DNA from: a virus
DNA: 64,000 bases
IMG/VR virus record: IMGVR_UViG_3300006928_000001
Coordinates: 1 to 64,000 of that record
Strand: one strand, 5' to 3'
Shown: one piece after another, positions 28,182-38,006 of the stretch
Layout: every line of letters begins with the position of its first letter
Position numbering within the stretch: position 1 is the first letter of the stretch
Translations under genes and position numbers: made by a program
Notes under the pieces: generated by a model
The model's input: the letters and a program-made list of their open reading frames with translations, nothing else
Told to the model about the DNA's origin: nothing
The model's database searches: none

Positions 28182-30608
28182 TTAAGCGGCGATATCGACG
28201 GCCTTAACGTCGCTAACGCCATCCCAAGACTTGGGCCCGCGCTCAGACGAACTGGCAAGCGGAACCTTAAGTCCAAAGAACGCAGTCATACACGACCGAA
28301 TACACCAATCAGTATGTGGTGTGTCAAGCTCTTCCTTAATCTCGTTCATCAATTCATCATGGATACAAGTGAGCACCCGTGCGTCAGTAGGGATGCGGCG
28401 ACGAATGATTGGATGAATCTCAGTGGCGTTGAATGCCTTACTCGCAAACATTTGACACGTGCGAACAAATCCAACCTTAAAGGCAGAAGCAGCCCAGCCC
28501 TGGATGAGACGGTTGAGACCAACGTACGCCTTACTGATAGGCAGATAGTACCTTCTACCGAATGGGTCAAAGACAAATCCACGCTGTCGAAGTGCCTTTT
28601 TGATGTTATCCTGAACCTGCTTGATTTCAGGTAGGCGACCGTGGTATTCACGCATGTACTGGTAACTTTGTGCCTTGGTCCAACCCTGGCCTCTAGCCAG
28701 CTTCTTTTGACCCATGCCGTATAGAATACCGAAGTTAATACCCTTGGCAGACTTGCGGTCCATACCAATTTCGTCAGCGACTCCTTGGTGAGCATCAAAC
28801 GGATTTTCTTCCATGGATAGATGACGTCGCCAATCAACATCGTACTTCGACTTGTCTGGCAATTCACCTGTTTCCATGTAGTCTCTAATGTACTTCAATT
28901 CGTCTGAGACTTGGTCATCCTGCATCGGAGTTCCGTACCCGTCACAGAACAGAGTTGCTCCTGTGTAGTGGGCAAATCCACGTAGCTCAACCTGACTGAG
29001 GTCCAGTAGCCTCATCATATGACCGGGCCTAGAGATGAACAGTGAGCGTACTGAAAAGTCTACAACTGGAGACCCGGGTTCAAGCTTCAATACCTTGGCT
29101 TCATCACCCTCTTTACACTTCGACATTACCATAACGTTCTTAGTGTACTCGTATTCACGAGGTGACAAGAACGCTTCGAGGATTCTAAATAGCAGATCAG
29201 CATTGACCAGCATCTTAAACCGCTTCGGTACCTGCTGCGCATTATAGTCAGCAGAACTCATACGTCCAGAAACAGTCCCAACTGTTCTTAGCCGATGAAA
29301 CATCAAATCTACCCAGTCGTCAACTACTGGGTAGTTAAACCATGGGTCAGGGCAGGCTTTAGCACCGAATGTCTCGGCGCGCTCATTAAACCACGCCAAA
29401 GCAGTGTTGCACTTTCGATAGACCTGAAGCATGAACATGAGGTCTTCATGTTCTGGATGTTGTTCGCCATAATGTTGAAGAGCATCAACATCAAGTGACA
29501 TGTAATCGATGATCGACTTATCACCGTATCCAGCCATAATCTTGACTTGGTCACGCTCTCTCATTTTCTTGAATGCATCAGTGGTATGCATCATGGACGG
29601 TTTAAAACCGAAGTCTTTGTTACGGAAGAGAATACCACGAAGCTGCTGGTTACTGCCAGGGTTCAACGTCGGCATCTTAAGGTAAGACCTTACCCAACGT
29701 GTAGCGACAGCTTGGAGAGTCGTAGCTGCTACCGTCTGACGTTCTGCCAAGTTGCGGTCATACCTAGTACCACGCATACCGGCAATGGTAGCTTGGATAG
29801 CTGACTCGATTTCTAGTTCGTATAGGTCAAGGCGGTATCGACGGTCAGGACCCCTGTACCACCACCATCGTGTGGGCGCTTGATAAATCCACTTGTACCA
29901 CTTGAGGAAAATCAATAGCGTGTCTGCAGCATCGTCCTGCGCGTAAAGACCAGCCAATGGAACTGGCGCGCGCCAAATGTCTGCGCCTGGCTTGAACTTA
30001 TGGTCTTTCAGCCAACGATCCATATCATTCTTGGTATCCAAATCACGACCAAGAACATCTTTCTGGAGGGGCTTAAGACCAATGAGCTCATTCCAACCAA
30101 CGCCCTTGTTTAGAACACGAGCCGCGATTTGAATGTCGTGCAGCTGACCTTCCAATGGCCAAACTATATTCTCGGCTAGCATGAAACCAAGCTCCATGCT
30201 AAGATTGTGTACTACAACCAATTTGTCTTTTGGTCTTTCTTTCATCCACTCGGAGAAGGATTGAATGACCTCCTTAGACGACGGCTGTATACCTCCAGCA
30301 AAGCGTTGATCATGCCGAATGCCAATGTATGCAGATTTCACTTTGCCGAGATCTTCATCTAGCCAAGCGATAGCGATCCCAGCTATTTTTGCGCCAAACT
30401 CGGGCCTAAGGGCTGAGGGGTATGCCTTGTTGACCTTCTTACCGATCTTCTTTGGTGCTAAGTCGATAGTACGACCATTTGGTTTGGTCTCAAAGTCGAA
30501 CCCAACGAACCGCGCCTTCATGGCTTCGGCAAGAATCAGGTCCCAATGCTCTATCGTCCAACATGTGGTGTAAAGGTCGATAGTGCGGTCAATAGACGGT
30601 TGAATCAT
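28182..30608 (-). CDS. polA: DNA polymerase family A with 3'-5' exonuclease
   Basis: DFET, HN..E, YAQDD exonuclease motifs; TVSGRMSS, DLSQVELR, KGINFGILYG, NRLIQG, IHDEL. Confidence 0.95.
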   Translation of the reverse strand: MIQPSIDRTIDLYTTCWTIEHWDLILAEAMKARFVGFDFETKPNGRTIDLAPKKIGKKVNKAYPSALRPEFGAKIAGIAIAWLDEDLGKVKSAYIGIRHDQRFAGGIQPSSKEVIQSFSEWMKERPKDKLVVVHNLSMELGFMLAENIVWPLEGQLHDIQIAARVLNKGVGWNELIGLKPLQKDVLGRDLDTKNDMDRWLKDHKFKPGADIWRAPVPLAGLYAQDDAADTLLIFLKWYKWIYQAPTRWWWYRGPDRRYRLDLYELEIESAIQATIAGMRGTRYDRNLAERQTVAATTLQAVATRWVRSYLKMPTLNPGSNQQLRGILFRNKDFGFKPSMMHTTDAFKKMRERDQVKIMAGYGDKSIIDYMSLDVDALQHYGEQHPEHEDLMFMLQVYRKCNTALAWFNERAETFGAKACPDPWFNYPVVDDWVDLMFHRLRTVGTVSGRMSSADYNAQQVPKRFKMLVNADLLFRILEAFLSPREYEYTKNVMVMSKCKEGDEAKVLKLEPGSPVVDFSVRSLFISRPGHMMRLLDLSQVELRGFAHYTGATLFCDGYGTPMQDDQVSDELKYIRDYMETGELPDKSKYDVDWRRHLSMEENPFDAHQGVADEIGMDRKSAKGINFGILYGMGQKKLARGQGWTKAQSYQYMREYHGRLPEIKQVQDNIKKALRQRGFVFDPFGRRYYLPISKAYVGLNRLIQGWAASAFKVGFVRTCQMFASKAFNATEIHPIIRRRIPTDARVLTCIHDELMNEIKEELDTPHTDWCIRSCMTAFFGLKVPLASSSERGPKSWDGVSDVKAVDIAA

Positions 30609-31567
30609 CGAAGATTAGCCTTCATCAGTCTGTCGTATTCTGGCCACAAATGTCTATCTCGGTTGATAGCGCCAATGAAAGGCTTTAGCCCATCATTTCC
30701 GTACGGGCAGTCACCAGTAAGAATCATCTGCCATACGTTCTTAAGCCTTCTCGTAGTATCAGCATGAAAGATGCTTTTAAAGCTCGGCAGTTCAGGTACT
30801 AGAACCTCAGGAATGTTAATCCTGCGACTGTAAATCGCATCAGCGTCGTCGAAGTTAGTACCATACAGATGGAGATTACTCAACACATGATTATACACGC
30901 CAGGCTCTAGTTCAAGCATAGACGCAACAACCCGTTGTACCGTTGTAAACGACAGTACGTCATACGGCATGCCGAGCCAAACATCGTGACTTCGCATGAA
31001 CACAGTCAGATTCAACTTGCCGTTACGAATAGTAAAGTGCCAAGCAACCGTACACGGAATGTCCTTGGATCGCCAGGAGTTTCCGTCCCATTCTGGCTGT
31101 TGAGGATCGTTGCTGGAAACAACACCAGCTGACTTCAGTGTTGGATAATCATCCTGACCTTCGTGCGGATGAGGATACCCGTTAAACGGACCAACTTGAG
31201 GTCTCCAAGTAGTTACTATAGCTTGACGGCTATCAGGATCGCGTTGAAGGGTCGCGACAACGTGATTGATCTGGCCCATAAGACGTGGCCCATAAGCTCC
31301 CCACAGAACTTTACCGTCATCACTAAACTGTGCCATGACCTTGTTGTAGTCACTGATGACTTTGACGTCATCGGACCCAGCAAGAATCCAAGCAGCTTCA
31401 GCAAAGCCAAAACGATAGTTCACCCGTCGGATTGGATCTAGGATGAAAGGCTTATGAACGTCAGTTAGCTGAAGAGTGACAGGCCACGGAACCTCATACA
31501 CTAGGTTACCACGTGGCGCTGACTCAACTCCATGCAACAAACATAATGAAAGGGCGTACCTCCACAT
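30605..31567 (-). CDS. ThyA-fold pyrimidine nucleotide (hydroxy)methyltransferase, Asp-type (dCMP-directed candidate)
   Basis: GAYGPR, DSRQA, DIPC (catalytic Cys), MRSHD..LGMPYD, NLHLY. Asp replaces the ThyA Asn177. Start placed at ATG 31567. Confidence 0.85.
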   Translation of the reverse strand: MWRYALSLCLLHGVESAPRGNLVYEVPWPVTLQLTDVHKPFILDPIRRVNYRFGFAEAAWILAGSDDVKVISDYNKVMAQFSDDGKVLWGAYGPRLMGQINHVVATLQRDPDSRQAIVTTWRPQVGPFNGYPHPHEGQDDYPTLKSAGVVSSNDPQQPEWDGNSWRSKDIPCTVAWHFTIRNGKLNLTVFMRSHDVWLGMPYDVLSFTTVQRVVASMLELEPGVYNHVLSNLHLYGTNFDDADAIYSRRINIPEVLVPELPSFKSIFHADTTRRLKNVWQMILTGDCPYGNDGLKPFIGAINRDRHLWPEYDRLMKANLR

Positions 31568-31608
31568 GGAGTCGCCTGTTTTGAAAGTAGGGACCCCGAA
31601 TGAAGGGT

Positions 31609-31962
31609 TTACTGTTTCTGAGACTCGCTGGAAGCTGCCTTTGAGGAGGTCTTCGACCGAGACTTTGAAAGCTGCTTCGAGGCTACGGTCTTGGATTCGA
31701 CCTTGGGTTCGGCCGAGGGTGCGATGGGCGGTGGCGCATGTTGGTGCCGACCGTACACTCTCCGGAAAATTCTCAAACTCTTCGAGAGTCCCGGATCGGC
31801 CTGAATCAAGGAGAGCCCTTCTCGGTGAAACTTGATGGTCTTCGTCTTTGGCGTCAACTTCAGTGTATCGTCCGTCAGGCGGTTCCACGCCTCCAGAAGG
31901 TTGTGAAATGTCTTCTGATTGCGCTCCGGCATCCGGAAGATGATGTCCGCCTGGAATTCCAT
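31609..31962 (-). CDS. Small basic hypothetical protein
   Basis: AAGGAG SD, G/C-ending codons, Ser/Lys-rich tail. Confidence 0.7.
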   Translation of the reverse strand: MEFQADIIFRMPERNQKTFHNLLEAWNRLTDDTLKLTPKTKTIKFHREGLSLIQADPGLSKSLRIFRRVYGRHQHAPPPIAPSAEPKVESKTVASKQLSKSRSKTSSKAASSESQKQ

Positions 31963-32016
31963 GACTATCTCCTTTGGACACAGTCTACCCCTTATCAGTC
32001 TAGTGAACCATGAGGT

Positions 32017-32577
32017 TCAGTTCGTCTGGTCTCGAAATGAAGAGAGGATTGTCTTAGCCATCCAAGATGGATATCCCCTCATGTCTTGAGTGTACCAGTA
32101 TGGTGAGATAGCCCCTAACCGACTTAGGTCACCACAGCAACGCATGAAACCACTTGCGATGGGACCTGCATGGGACATACCTGCTCCAGACTTCTTGTCT
32201 GGAATACCACCATCACGTTCAACTTGACGCTTGAGAATACTCAATAGCGGCAACCAACAGTGCACCAACTTTCCACCGTTGGCGACAATACGTTCATCGA
32301 TTTCACGCGCTTCGTTCATGGAGAGGTTAGACCCTCCTCGGAGAAGATTGGCGTATACGATCTCGCCAACGTGAAACCGATCGACTACTACTAGCGTACC
32401 AGTTTCTGAAATCTCGATGAGATCGTCAAGCATGATGTCGTAGTGCAGATATGGCGGAATATCAGTTGGTGGTGGGCCGTTGTTGATTCGTACAACTGGA
32501 CCGTCAAATTCTGCTTCAATAGCGTCAGCAAGGGTGGACTTACCGACGCCATCAGCTCCTTCCAGGAAGATCATCAC
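32017..32577 (-). CDS. dNMP (thymidylate-like) kinase
   Basis: IFLEGADGVGKST, VVDRFHVGEIVY. Confidence 0.85.
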   Translation of the reverse strand: MMIFLEGADGVGKSTLADAIEAEFDGPVVRINNGPPPTDIPPYLHYDIMLDDLIEISETGTLVVVDRFHVGEIVYANLLRGGSNLSMNEAREIDERIVANGGKLVHCWLPLLSILKRQVERDGGIPDKKSGAGMSHAGPIASGFMRCCGDLSRLGAISPYWYTQDMRGYPSWMAKTILSSFRDQTN

Positions 32578-32582
32578 TAGCT

Positions 32583-32750
32583 TTAGCTCTCAAAAGAGAG
32601 AGCAGAGACCATGCCGAGCACTGAAATTCCGGTAATAGTAACTACCGTGCTAGTATCACCGCCAAGTGATACTGCGTAAAACGCCCCACCAGAGATAACA
32701 ACGATACCAAGTACCCCAAGGGCCATCAAAATGGTACTTTTATTCATCAT
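32583..32750 (-). CDS. 55-aa protein with two transmembrane segments
   Basis: Hand-translated MMNKSTILMALGVLGIVVISGGAFYAVSLGGDTSTVVTITGISVLGMVSALSFES; fills the intergenic gap. Confidence 0.6.
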   Translation of the reverse strand: MMNKSTILMALGVLGIVVISGGAFYAVSLGGDTSTVVTITGISVLGMVSALSFES

Positions 32751-32753
32751 CTT

Positions 32754-32972
32754 TTACTCCTGCGCTTGTTCAACAGCAGTCTCAAGATAAGCCTTGGCTG
32801 CGATGAACTCTTCACTACTGGTATGGGCGTCTAGGTACGTTGCGAGATTATCGTACAATTCTGGCTGTTCGTCACTATTAGTAATATGGTACTGCGTAAT
32901 CATAGCCATCAACTTCGGTTTATTTTCCGTGTCAGCGAAGTGATCTACAATCGACTGCATCAACGGAGTCAT
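32754..32972 (-). CDS. Hypothetical protein
   Basis: 72 aa, coupled to the methyltransferase gene. Confidence 0.65.
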   Translation of the reverse strand: MTPLMQSIVDHFADTENKPKLMAMITQYHITNSDEQPELYDNLATYLDAHTSSEEFIAAKAYLETAVEQAQE

Positions 32973-33907
32973 CCTGCAATCTCCTTGGCGTCAGCTGGAA
33001 CACGAACCTTCCAGGCAATGTTGCGAGCCGCCTCGGGATGCATGGCACTGAACACACACGACAAAGTGTGTGGACTATGGTAGTTAGCCAGACGATTCCA
33101 GATTTCAATCTCCTTATCATCCATAGCACGAAAAAGATTACGAAGATTACTGAATGTCCCGTACTCTTCCATCACCTCACATCCGCGCTTTTCAAAAGCA
33201 CGACGTAGTTCAGACCGCTGCCATTCATAGATGTGGTTCTTGGCGATGAATCCGCCATTGACTGGCGTAGACAACAGAATCATCCCATCTGCACCATCCT
33301 CGCGCTCAGGCTTGCGGCGCGCATAACGAACCATTCCATCTAGGAATCGCTCGCCGTCAGGCTTGTCCATGTGCTCAAGTACTTCAAAGGAAATGACGAC
33401 GTCAAACGTCCAATCAGGAACTTTCTCCGGCTCGTCAACAGCATTCGTCTTACTGAGAATCTTGGTCTCAATGCCGGAAACGCGTGGACGGTACTTGATT
33501 TGATTCAGGTCTACGGCGCAATACTGCGAAGGCTTGTAGTGCTTAACGGCGCTATGGTCGCAGGTAAGCGTACGGAACAGAGGAATTTCTTTGCCACATC
33601 CCATTTCCATGATTCGAACGCCGGCTCCAAAGTGTTCCTTAACGACCTTCATCGGAAAACCATACCTGATTGCGTGAGCTAGGTAGTCACGTCCAATACG
33701 GTATGCCTTCTCAGGGGAAAGATGAGACTTATCGAACCGATTATCATCGGATCGTTCAGTTGGTGCAGCCCGGCTATGCGTCTTCTGTTCAAAGTACGGC
33801 TCAGCTTCCTTTACCGGCAGCCAATTATGCTCACCATCATCACCAGGCTCTGCCTCTCGGCGAAACTGACCGGTTCGAAGACAAACAAATCCTACGACGT
33901 CACTCAT
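32969..33907 (-). CDS. Class I SAM-dependent methyltransferase
   Basis: IMEMGCG, AVD, FDVVISFEVLEHM, LSTP, NHIYEW. Confidence 0.85.
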   Translation of the reverse strand: MSDVVGFVCLRTGQFRREAEPGDDGEHNWLPVKEAEPYFEQKTHSRAAPTERSDDNRFDKSHLSPEKAYRIGRDYLAHAIRYGFPMKVVKEHFGAGVRIMEMGCGKEIPLFRTLTCDHSAVKHYKPSQYCAVDLNQIKYRPRVSGIETKILSKTNAVDEPEKVPDWTFDVVISFEVLEHMDKPDGERFLDGMVRYARRKPEREDGADGMILLSTPVNGGFIAKNHIYEWQRSELRRAFEKRGCEVMEEYGTFSNLRNLFRAMDDKEIEIWNRLANYHSPHTLSCVFSAMHPEAARNIAWKVRVPADAKEIAG

Positions 33908-33975
33908 AACGCTTTCCCCTCTCTGTGATTGTTACTGTGGTAAAGTACCACTAAGGTGAAGTGCTCACCACTTCG

Positions 33976-35766
33976 CTAGTTCGCTGGTGGGCGCTCTTGC
34001 GAAGATTCTTCGTCATCAGAATTCATCTGATCGATCTTACTGTTGACGGCGTCAAGGGCTTCTTGAGCCTGATTCTTGAATTCGCTGACATCAAAATCGT
34101 CTGGCAACTTAACGCTAAAGAGCTTCGCCATCATCTCTGGGTTCTCAGCATTCAGAATCGCTTCGACAACCATAAGTGGAACGTCACCCCACCAAAGATC
34201 AGTAGGCTTGTAGTCTCCACCAGTTGCGCTAGAGAACACGCGAGCAGCCTGATTGATGGACACACCGCCAAGCTGACCAGTAACACTGGTAATACCAGCA
34301 GCGGGTTCATTGTCTCCCCACTCTGGAGATTCGATTACGATCTTCCACTTAGTGATACCCATCTCGATAAGAACACGGTCTAGAAACGCCATACGTTCTT
34401 CGTGGTGCGGTCCAAACCTCAAGCGATTTACTACTGCCCATGCTGCTGATGCCGTGGCAAAATTGTACGAGTCAGACCGTCCAAGTAGAACAGCTGGAAT
34501 ACGTTCTGCTTCAGAGAACCTTGCGGCTAGACTATCCTGTAGTCCTGATTGGTCAAGAAGCTCCTTAGGTAGCTTGGTACTTAGCTCATGGAGCACAAGC
34601 TTGCCACGGTCATCACTGTTGTTACCAAATGGCAACTGACCATTCATATTTGCAGCAGAATCAGATGGCATCAGTGATAGAGTAATCAGTGATGCAAGCC
34701 CTTCACGGCCGCGACCAAGTGTATCGATCTTACTTACTGCAGAATTTGCTACAGCATCATCAAACGGGCGGTTAGCCGCGGCAAGGATTACACTGTGTAG
34801 ACCGGACTTGAGGTAGCTAAGCACGAGCTTAACATGCTCTTCAGCAGCAGTAGCCGCGTTCATTTCAGAATGCCACCCACTCCATCCGTACGGGTATGCT
34901 CCAGGAAACGACGTGCGCCAAGCCATAACTTCAGTCGCGGGTGTAGCACCCTTGGGTAGGGCTCCCGGCTTGTACTCTCCAGGTTGACCTGGCTTAAGAG
35001 ACGGTCGATGTCTATTACCGGTAGAGTATTTTCCGGTCTTAGCGTCCATTGCACGCCAATCACCGTATTCCTTGAACCAACGAGATCTACCACCGGACAG
35101 GGAGACCTTAAGCCGTCTAAAATGCCGTGGTTCTTCAATCCAGTAAATCGTACCGTCTTCAAGAGCTACTGGAACAGGAACCTTTGTTGCTGCTTGGTCT
35201 GGCTTGGACCATTCGGCATTAACAGCTTCAAACCTAGCGAATCCACGTGGCTTGGTAGGCATCGTCTGCTTAGCCTTACCCACGTAGGTTTCGCGGATGA
35301 CTACCACGCCACCCCAACCGAGGATTACGCGATCAAGCTCTTGTTCCTTGAAGCCAGCACGCAGTGACTTAGCACCACGTCCCAAGAAACCAGTTTGAAC
35401 AAGTACCTGAAGCCGGTTACGTTCTTCACGTACTTCCGGCTTCCAAGTCTTAGGCTTATCAAGATCGAATTTATCATCCTCCATCATGTTTACGTCAAAT
35501 CGCGGTTGTACCGAGTAGTGTGTTCCAGCACAACCTTCAGCGACGACGTGACAGACAGCCATCAGAGCACCGTTCTGCTTAACCGCATGCAGAACTAGCT
35601 TTGGATCAATTGGCTTACGAGTCATTGCTCCAGTAAACATCTGATTGATGTCGCCTGGCTCAGAACCGGGAAGTTCACCCGGCCGATACTGCAGATTGAT
35701 GCTCTGCGAGCCGAGAATTACCGCGGCTTCAGAGGCGACGTAATCAGGCATTGATCGATTCTCCAC
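33976..35766 (-). CDS. Portal protein (PBSX/XkdE-like)
   Basis: 596 aa; WFKEYGD, YPYG.SGW, RIPAVLLG....NFATA, SINQAAR motifs. Confidence 0.75.
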   Translation of the reverse strand: MENRSMPDYVASEAAVILGSQSINLQYRPGELPGSEPGDINQMFTGAMTRKPIDPKLVLHAVKQNGALMAVCHVVAEGCAGTHYSVQPRFDVNMMEDDKFDLDKPKTWKPEVREERNRLQVLVQTGFLGRGAKSLRAGFKEQELDRVILGWGGVVVIRETYVGKAKQTMPTKPRGFARFEAVNAEWSKPDQAATKVPVPVALEDGTIYWIEEPRHFRRLKVSLSGGRSRWFKEYGDWRAMDAKTGKYSTGNRHRPSLKPGQPGEYKPGALPKGATPATEVMAWRTSFPGAYPYGWSGWHSEMNAATAAEEHVKLVLSYLKSGLHSVILAAANRPFDDAVANSAVSKIDTLGRGREGLASLITLSLMPSDSAANMNGQLPFGNNSDDRGKLVLHELSTKLPKELLDQSGLQDSLAARFSEAERIPAVLLGRSDSYNFATASAAWAVVNRLRFGPHHEERMAFLDRVLIEMGITKWKIVIESPEWGDNEPAAGITSVTGQLGGVSINQAARVFSSATGGDYKPTDLWWGDVPLMVVEAILNAENPEMMAKLFSVKLPDDFDVSEFKNQAQEALDAVNSKIDQMNSDDEESSQERPPAN

Positions 35767-36991
35767 GACGGGCGGTAATCAGCTTCATCGCAGCGATGAT
35801 ATCACCGTTACCAATCCGTTCGGTATCAGCAAGGTTCAATGCCGCGGCAATAAGCCCTCGCAGATCGTCATAAGACCAGTTGCTAGAACTGCGGACGACA
35901 CTCTGTAGAGTTCCATCGTCAACGTCGTCTTCAACCAATTGACGCTTAAGGTACTTCATACGTAGGTCAGGGCCAGGAAGCGGGACTTCCAAAATCATAT
36001 CAAAGCGACGGCGCATCGGACCATTAAATGGTTCCGTGCTATTGGACGTGACTACGAAGATAAGTCCATCCGTACTACCCATTCCACTAAGCGCAGTTAG
36101 TAGAGTGTGTCCAGTAATTCCAGTTCTGTTTTCAGAAGCAAGAACCTTTTCGAAGTCATCTAGAATTACTACAGCCGGGCCCTTACGCTGTGCCCAACTA
36201 AGAAAGTTCTTGAATGTACGACCGTCAGCGTATCGATCAGTGAAGTCAAAAGACACTGGTGTAAGACCGAGTTCAGTTGCCATCCATCGTGCTAGAGACG
36301 TCTTGCCAGTCCCAGCTGGACCGTTGAACAAATACTTACGGGTCCATGGCAACCGACGCTTCTGAAAGGACTCCTTCTTATCGAGAAATCCCTTAACGTC
36401 GTTAACGATAGATGTTTTTACGTAGTCATCCATGATAATGTCGTTAAGGGTCATTGGACTGATACGCTCAGCCCCACCGTTATAGACTTCCATCATCATG
36501 TTGGCTTGACTGATGAATCTAGTTGCCGTGTCAGCAGCGTTGACGAGTCTCATCCATGGTTCGATAGCCGTTTTTGGAATCAGAGCAACGTGCTCATTCC
36601 ATTCTTCTCCAGTACGCATCATTTGATGCCTAACCGGAACGATATAACCTACTGGGCCTTCGTTAGCATTGTGCTGAGCGAACCTCAACTTCATCGCCGC
36701 GCCATCGACTACAGGATGTACCCCACGGAACGAAATTCCTGGAGACTCTAGATGGCTAACGGATACTGCACCACTCAGCTGAGTGAAGATCATCTTCGCT
36801 TCTTCAGGTGTACCAAGAAGCCCGCTAAGATCGCTAGAAGCGACCAGCCAGTATACAAGCTGATCAACTCCACCCTTAAAAACGATGTGACTAGAATCCA
36901 TAACGGCAGGAAGGCCGAGACTTTGAAGCATCTGCTGCAAAGACTCTCGATGCAACCAATTACGCTTTTGAGTTACAGACGGGTACATCAA
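35744..36991 (-). CDS. AAA+ ATPase
   Basis: YLFNGPAGTGKTS, VILDD, TSN sensor, RRRFD. Confidence 0.9.
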   Translation of the reverse strand: MMYPSVTQKRNWLHRESLQQMLQSLGLPAVMDSSHIVFKGGVDQLVYWLVASSDLSGLLGTPEEAKMIFTQLSGAVSVSHLESPGISFRGVHPVVDGAAMKLRFAQHNANEGPVGYIVPVRHQMMRTGEEWNEHVALIPKTAIEPWMRLVNAADTATRFISQANMMMEVYNGGAERISPMTLNDIIMDDYVKTSIVNDVKGFLDKKESFQKRRLPWTRKYLFNGPAGTGKTSLARWMATELGLTPVSFDFTDRYADGRTFKNFLSWAQRKGPAVVILDDFEKVLASENRTGITGHTLLTALSGMGSTDGLIFVVTSNSTEPFNGPMRRRFDMILEVPLPGPDLRMKYLKRQLVEDDVDDGTLQSVVRSSSNWSYDDLRGLIAAALNLADTERIGNGDIIAAMKLITARRGESINA

Positions 36992-37046
36992 GAACCTCCT
37001 CGACTACTCTGTCAGGTTACCACATTCGAACTAGTTCGTCCAGCTC

Positions 37047-38006
37047 TCACGGCTTCGTACCATCTCGCTTGCACAAGCGATAAAACGGGCAACGCTCACA
37101 TACAGACGGGTCGTCAGTTGCTTCAAACTTATCACGGATAGGGATGTTTTGGTCTAGATCACCATCTTTCAAGCGATCGGCCAGATCTTCGGCAAAGAGA
37201 TCGATGATCATCCCAGTTTTTTCGATGTCTTCATCGGTGATGCGAAAATGATCTACTTGCACGTTTTCTTGACTGATGTATGGAATTACAGAATGGACGG
37301 ATGACCATCCAAGACCGTTAGCCCACATTCCGTACAGTTTAGCTTGTAGTTTGTCTTTCTTACGCTTGCGGCCAGTCTTCCAATCCACTACTATGACAGA
37401 GTTATCACTACCACGAATAACCAAGTCCATAGCTACCCAGACTCGTAACCCTGACCTTCGAAAAGACATCAAATCTTCGACCATAACTATTTGCCTGTAG
37501 TTATTGATCGCGTGTCGCAATATGTTCCTAGTCTCATTACCAGTATCGGCTTTGTACCAGGAGTTATCCTTCGCTAAAGAGTGTAATTTTTGCTGTATCC
37601 GCAGCCAGACATTCTCCCAATTTACCGGTTCGCCGTCAATAATTTCTGATAGCTGTAGCCTATGCTTCGGATTGCCAGAGTGTTGATTTAGAGCTTGGTC
37701 TTGCCCACGTGCGAACATACTTCGTGCGTGGGCAAGCATCACCGGTTCTATGTCACTAAACTTACGGCCTTGCCTAGCTTGATCGAGGATATGCTGTGCA
37801 GCCTTATGGATGATTTTTCCTGACCATGATGGTATCGTCTCAATAAACTTAGCCTCGTAGTTCTCCTCAGCTGTTCTGTCAGATGGAGGCTTATTACCAC
37901 GCCACCACCCACCCCATGAAGCATAAGTCCACCGATAGTATTTCAGTGGACACTCTGCAATCATCGTTGCTTTAGAGAATGAAAACGATGCTTCGTTCTT
38001 AAACAC
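37047..38006 (-). CDS. Cas4/RecB-like PD-(D/E)XK exonuclease
   Basis: SFS....CPLKYY, G..IH, MDLV, VDWKTG, Q..LY, C..C.F...C. Confidence 0.85.
   Translation of the reverse strand: MFKNEASFSFSKATMIAECPLKYYRWTYASWGGWWRGNKPPSDRTAEENYEAKFIETIPSWSGKIIHKAAQHILDQARQGRKFSDIEPVMLAHARSMFARGQDQALNQHSGNPKHRLQLSEIIDGEPVNWENVWLRIQQKLHSLAKDNSWYKADTGNETRNILRHAINNYRQIVMVEDLMSFRRSGLRVWVAMDLVIRGSDNSVIVVDWKTGRKRKKDKLQAKLYGMWANGLGWSSVHSVIPYISQENVQVDHFRITDEDIEKTGMIIDLFAEDLADRLKDGDLDQNIPIRDKFEATDDPSVCERCPFYRLCKRDGTKP

Noticed and set aside
31568-31981. 138-aa N-terminal extension of the ThyA homologue given in the ORF track
   Set aside because: The overlapping frame 31609..31962 has the stronger SD and coding-like codons, and the extension looks like off-frame sequence. 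A start slightly upstream of 31567 cannot be excluded.
37047-38006. Cas4-like gene as evidence of CRISPR-Cas
   Set aside because: No repeat-spacer array or other cas genes seen; solo Cas4-like nucleases are common in phage replication modules.
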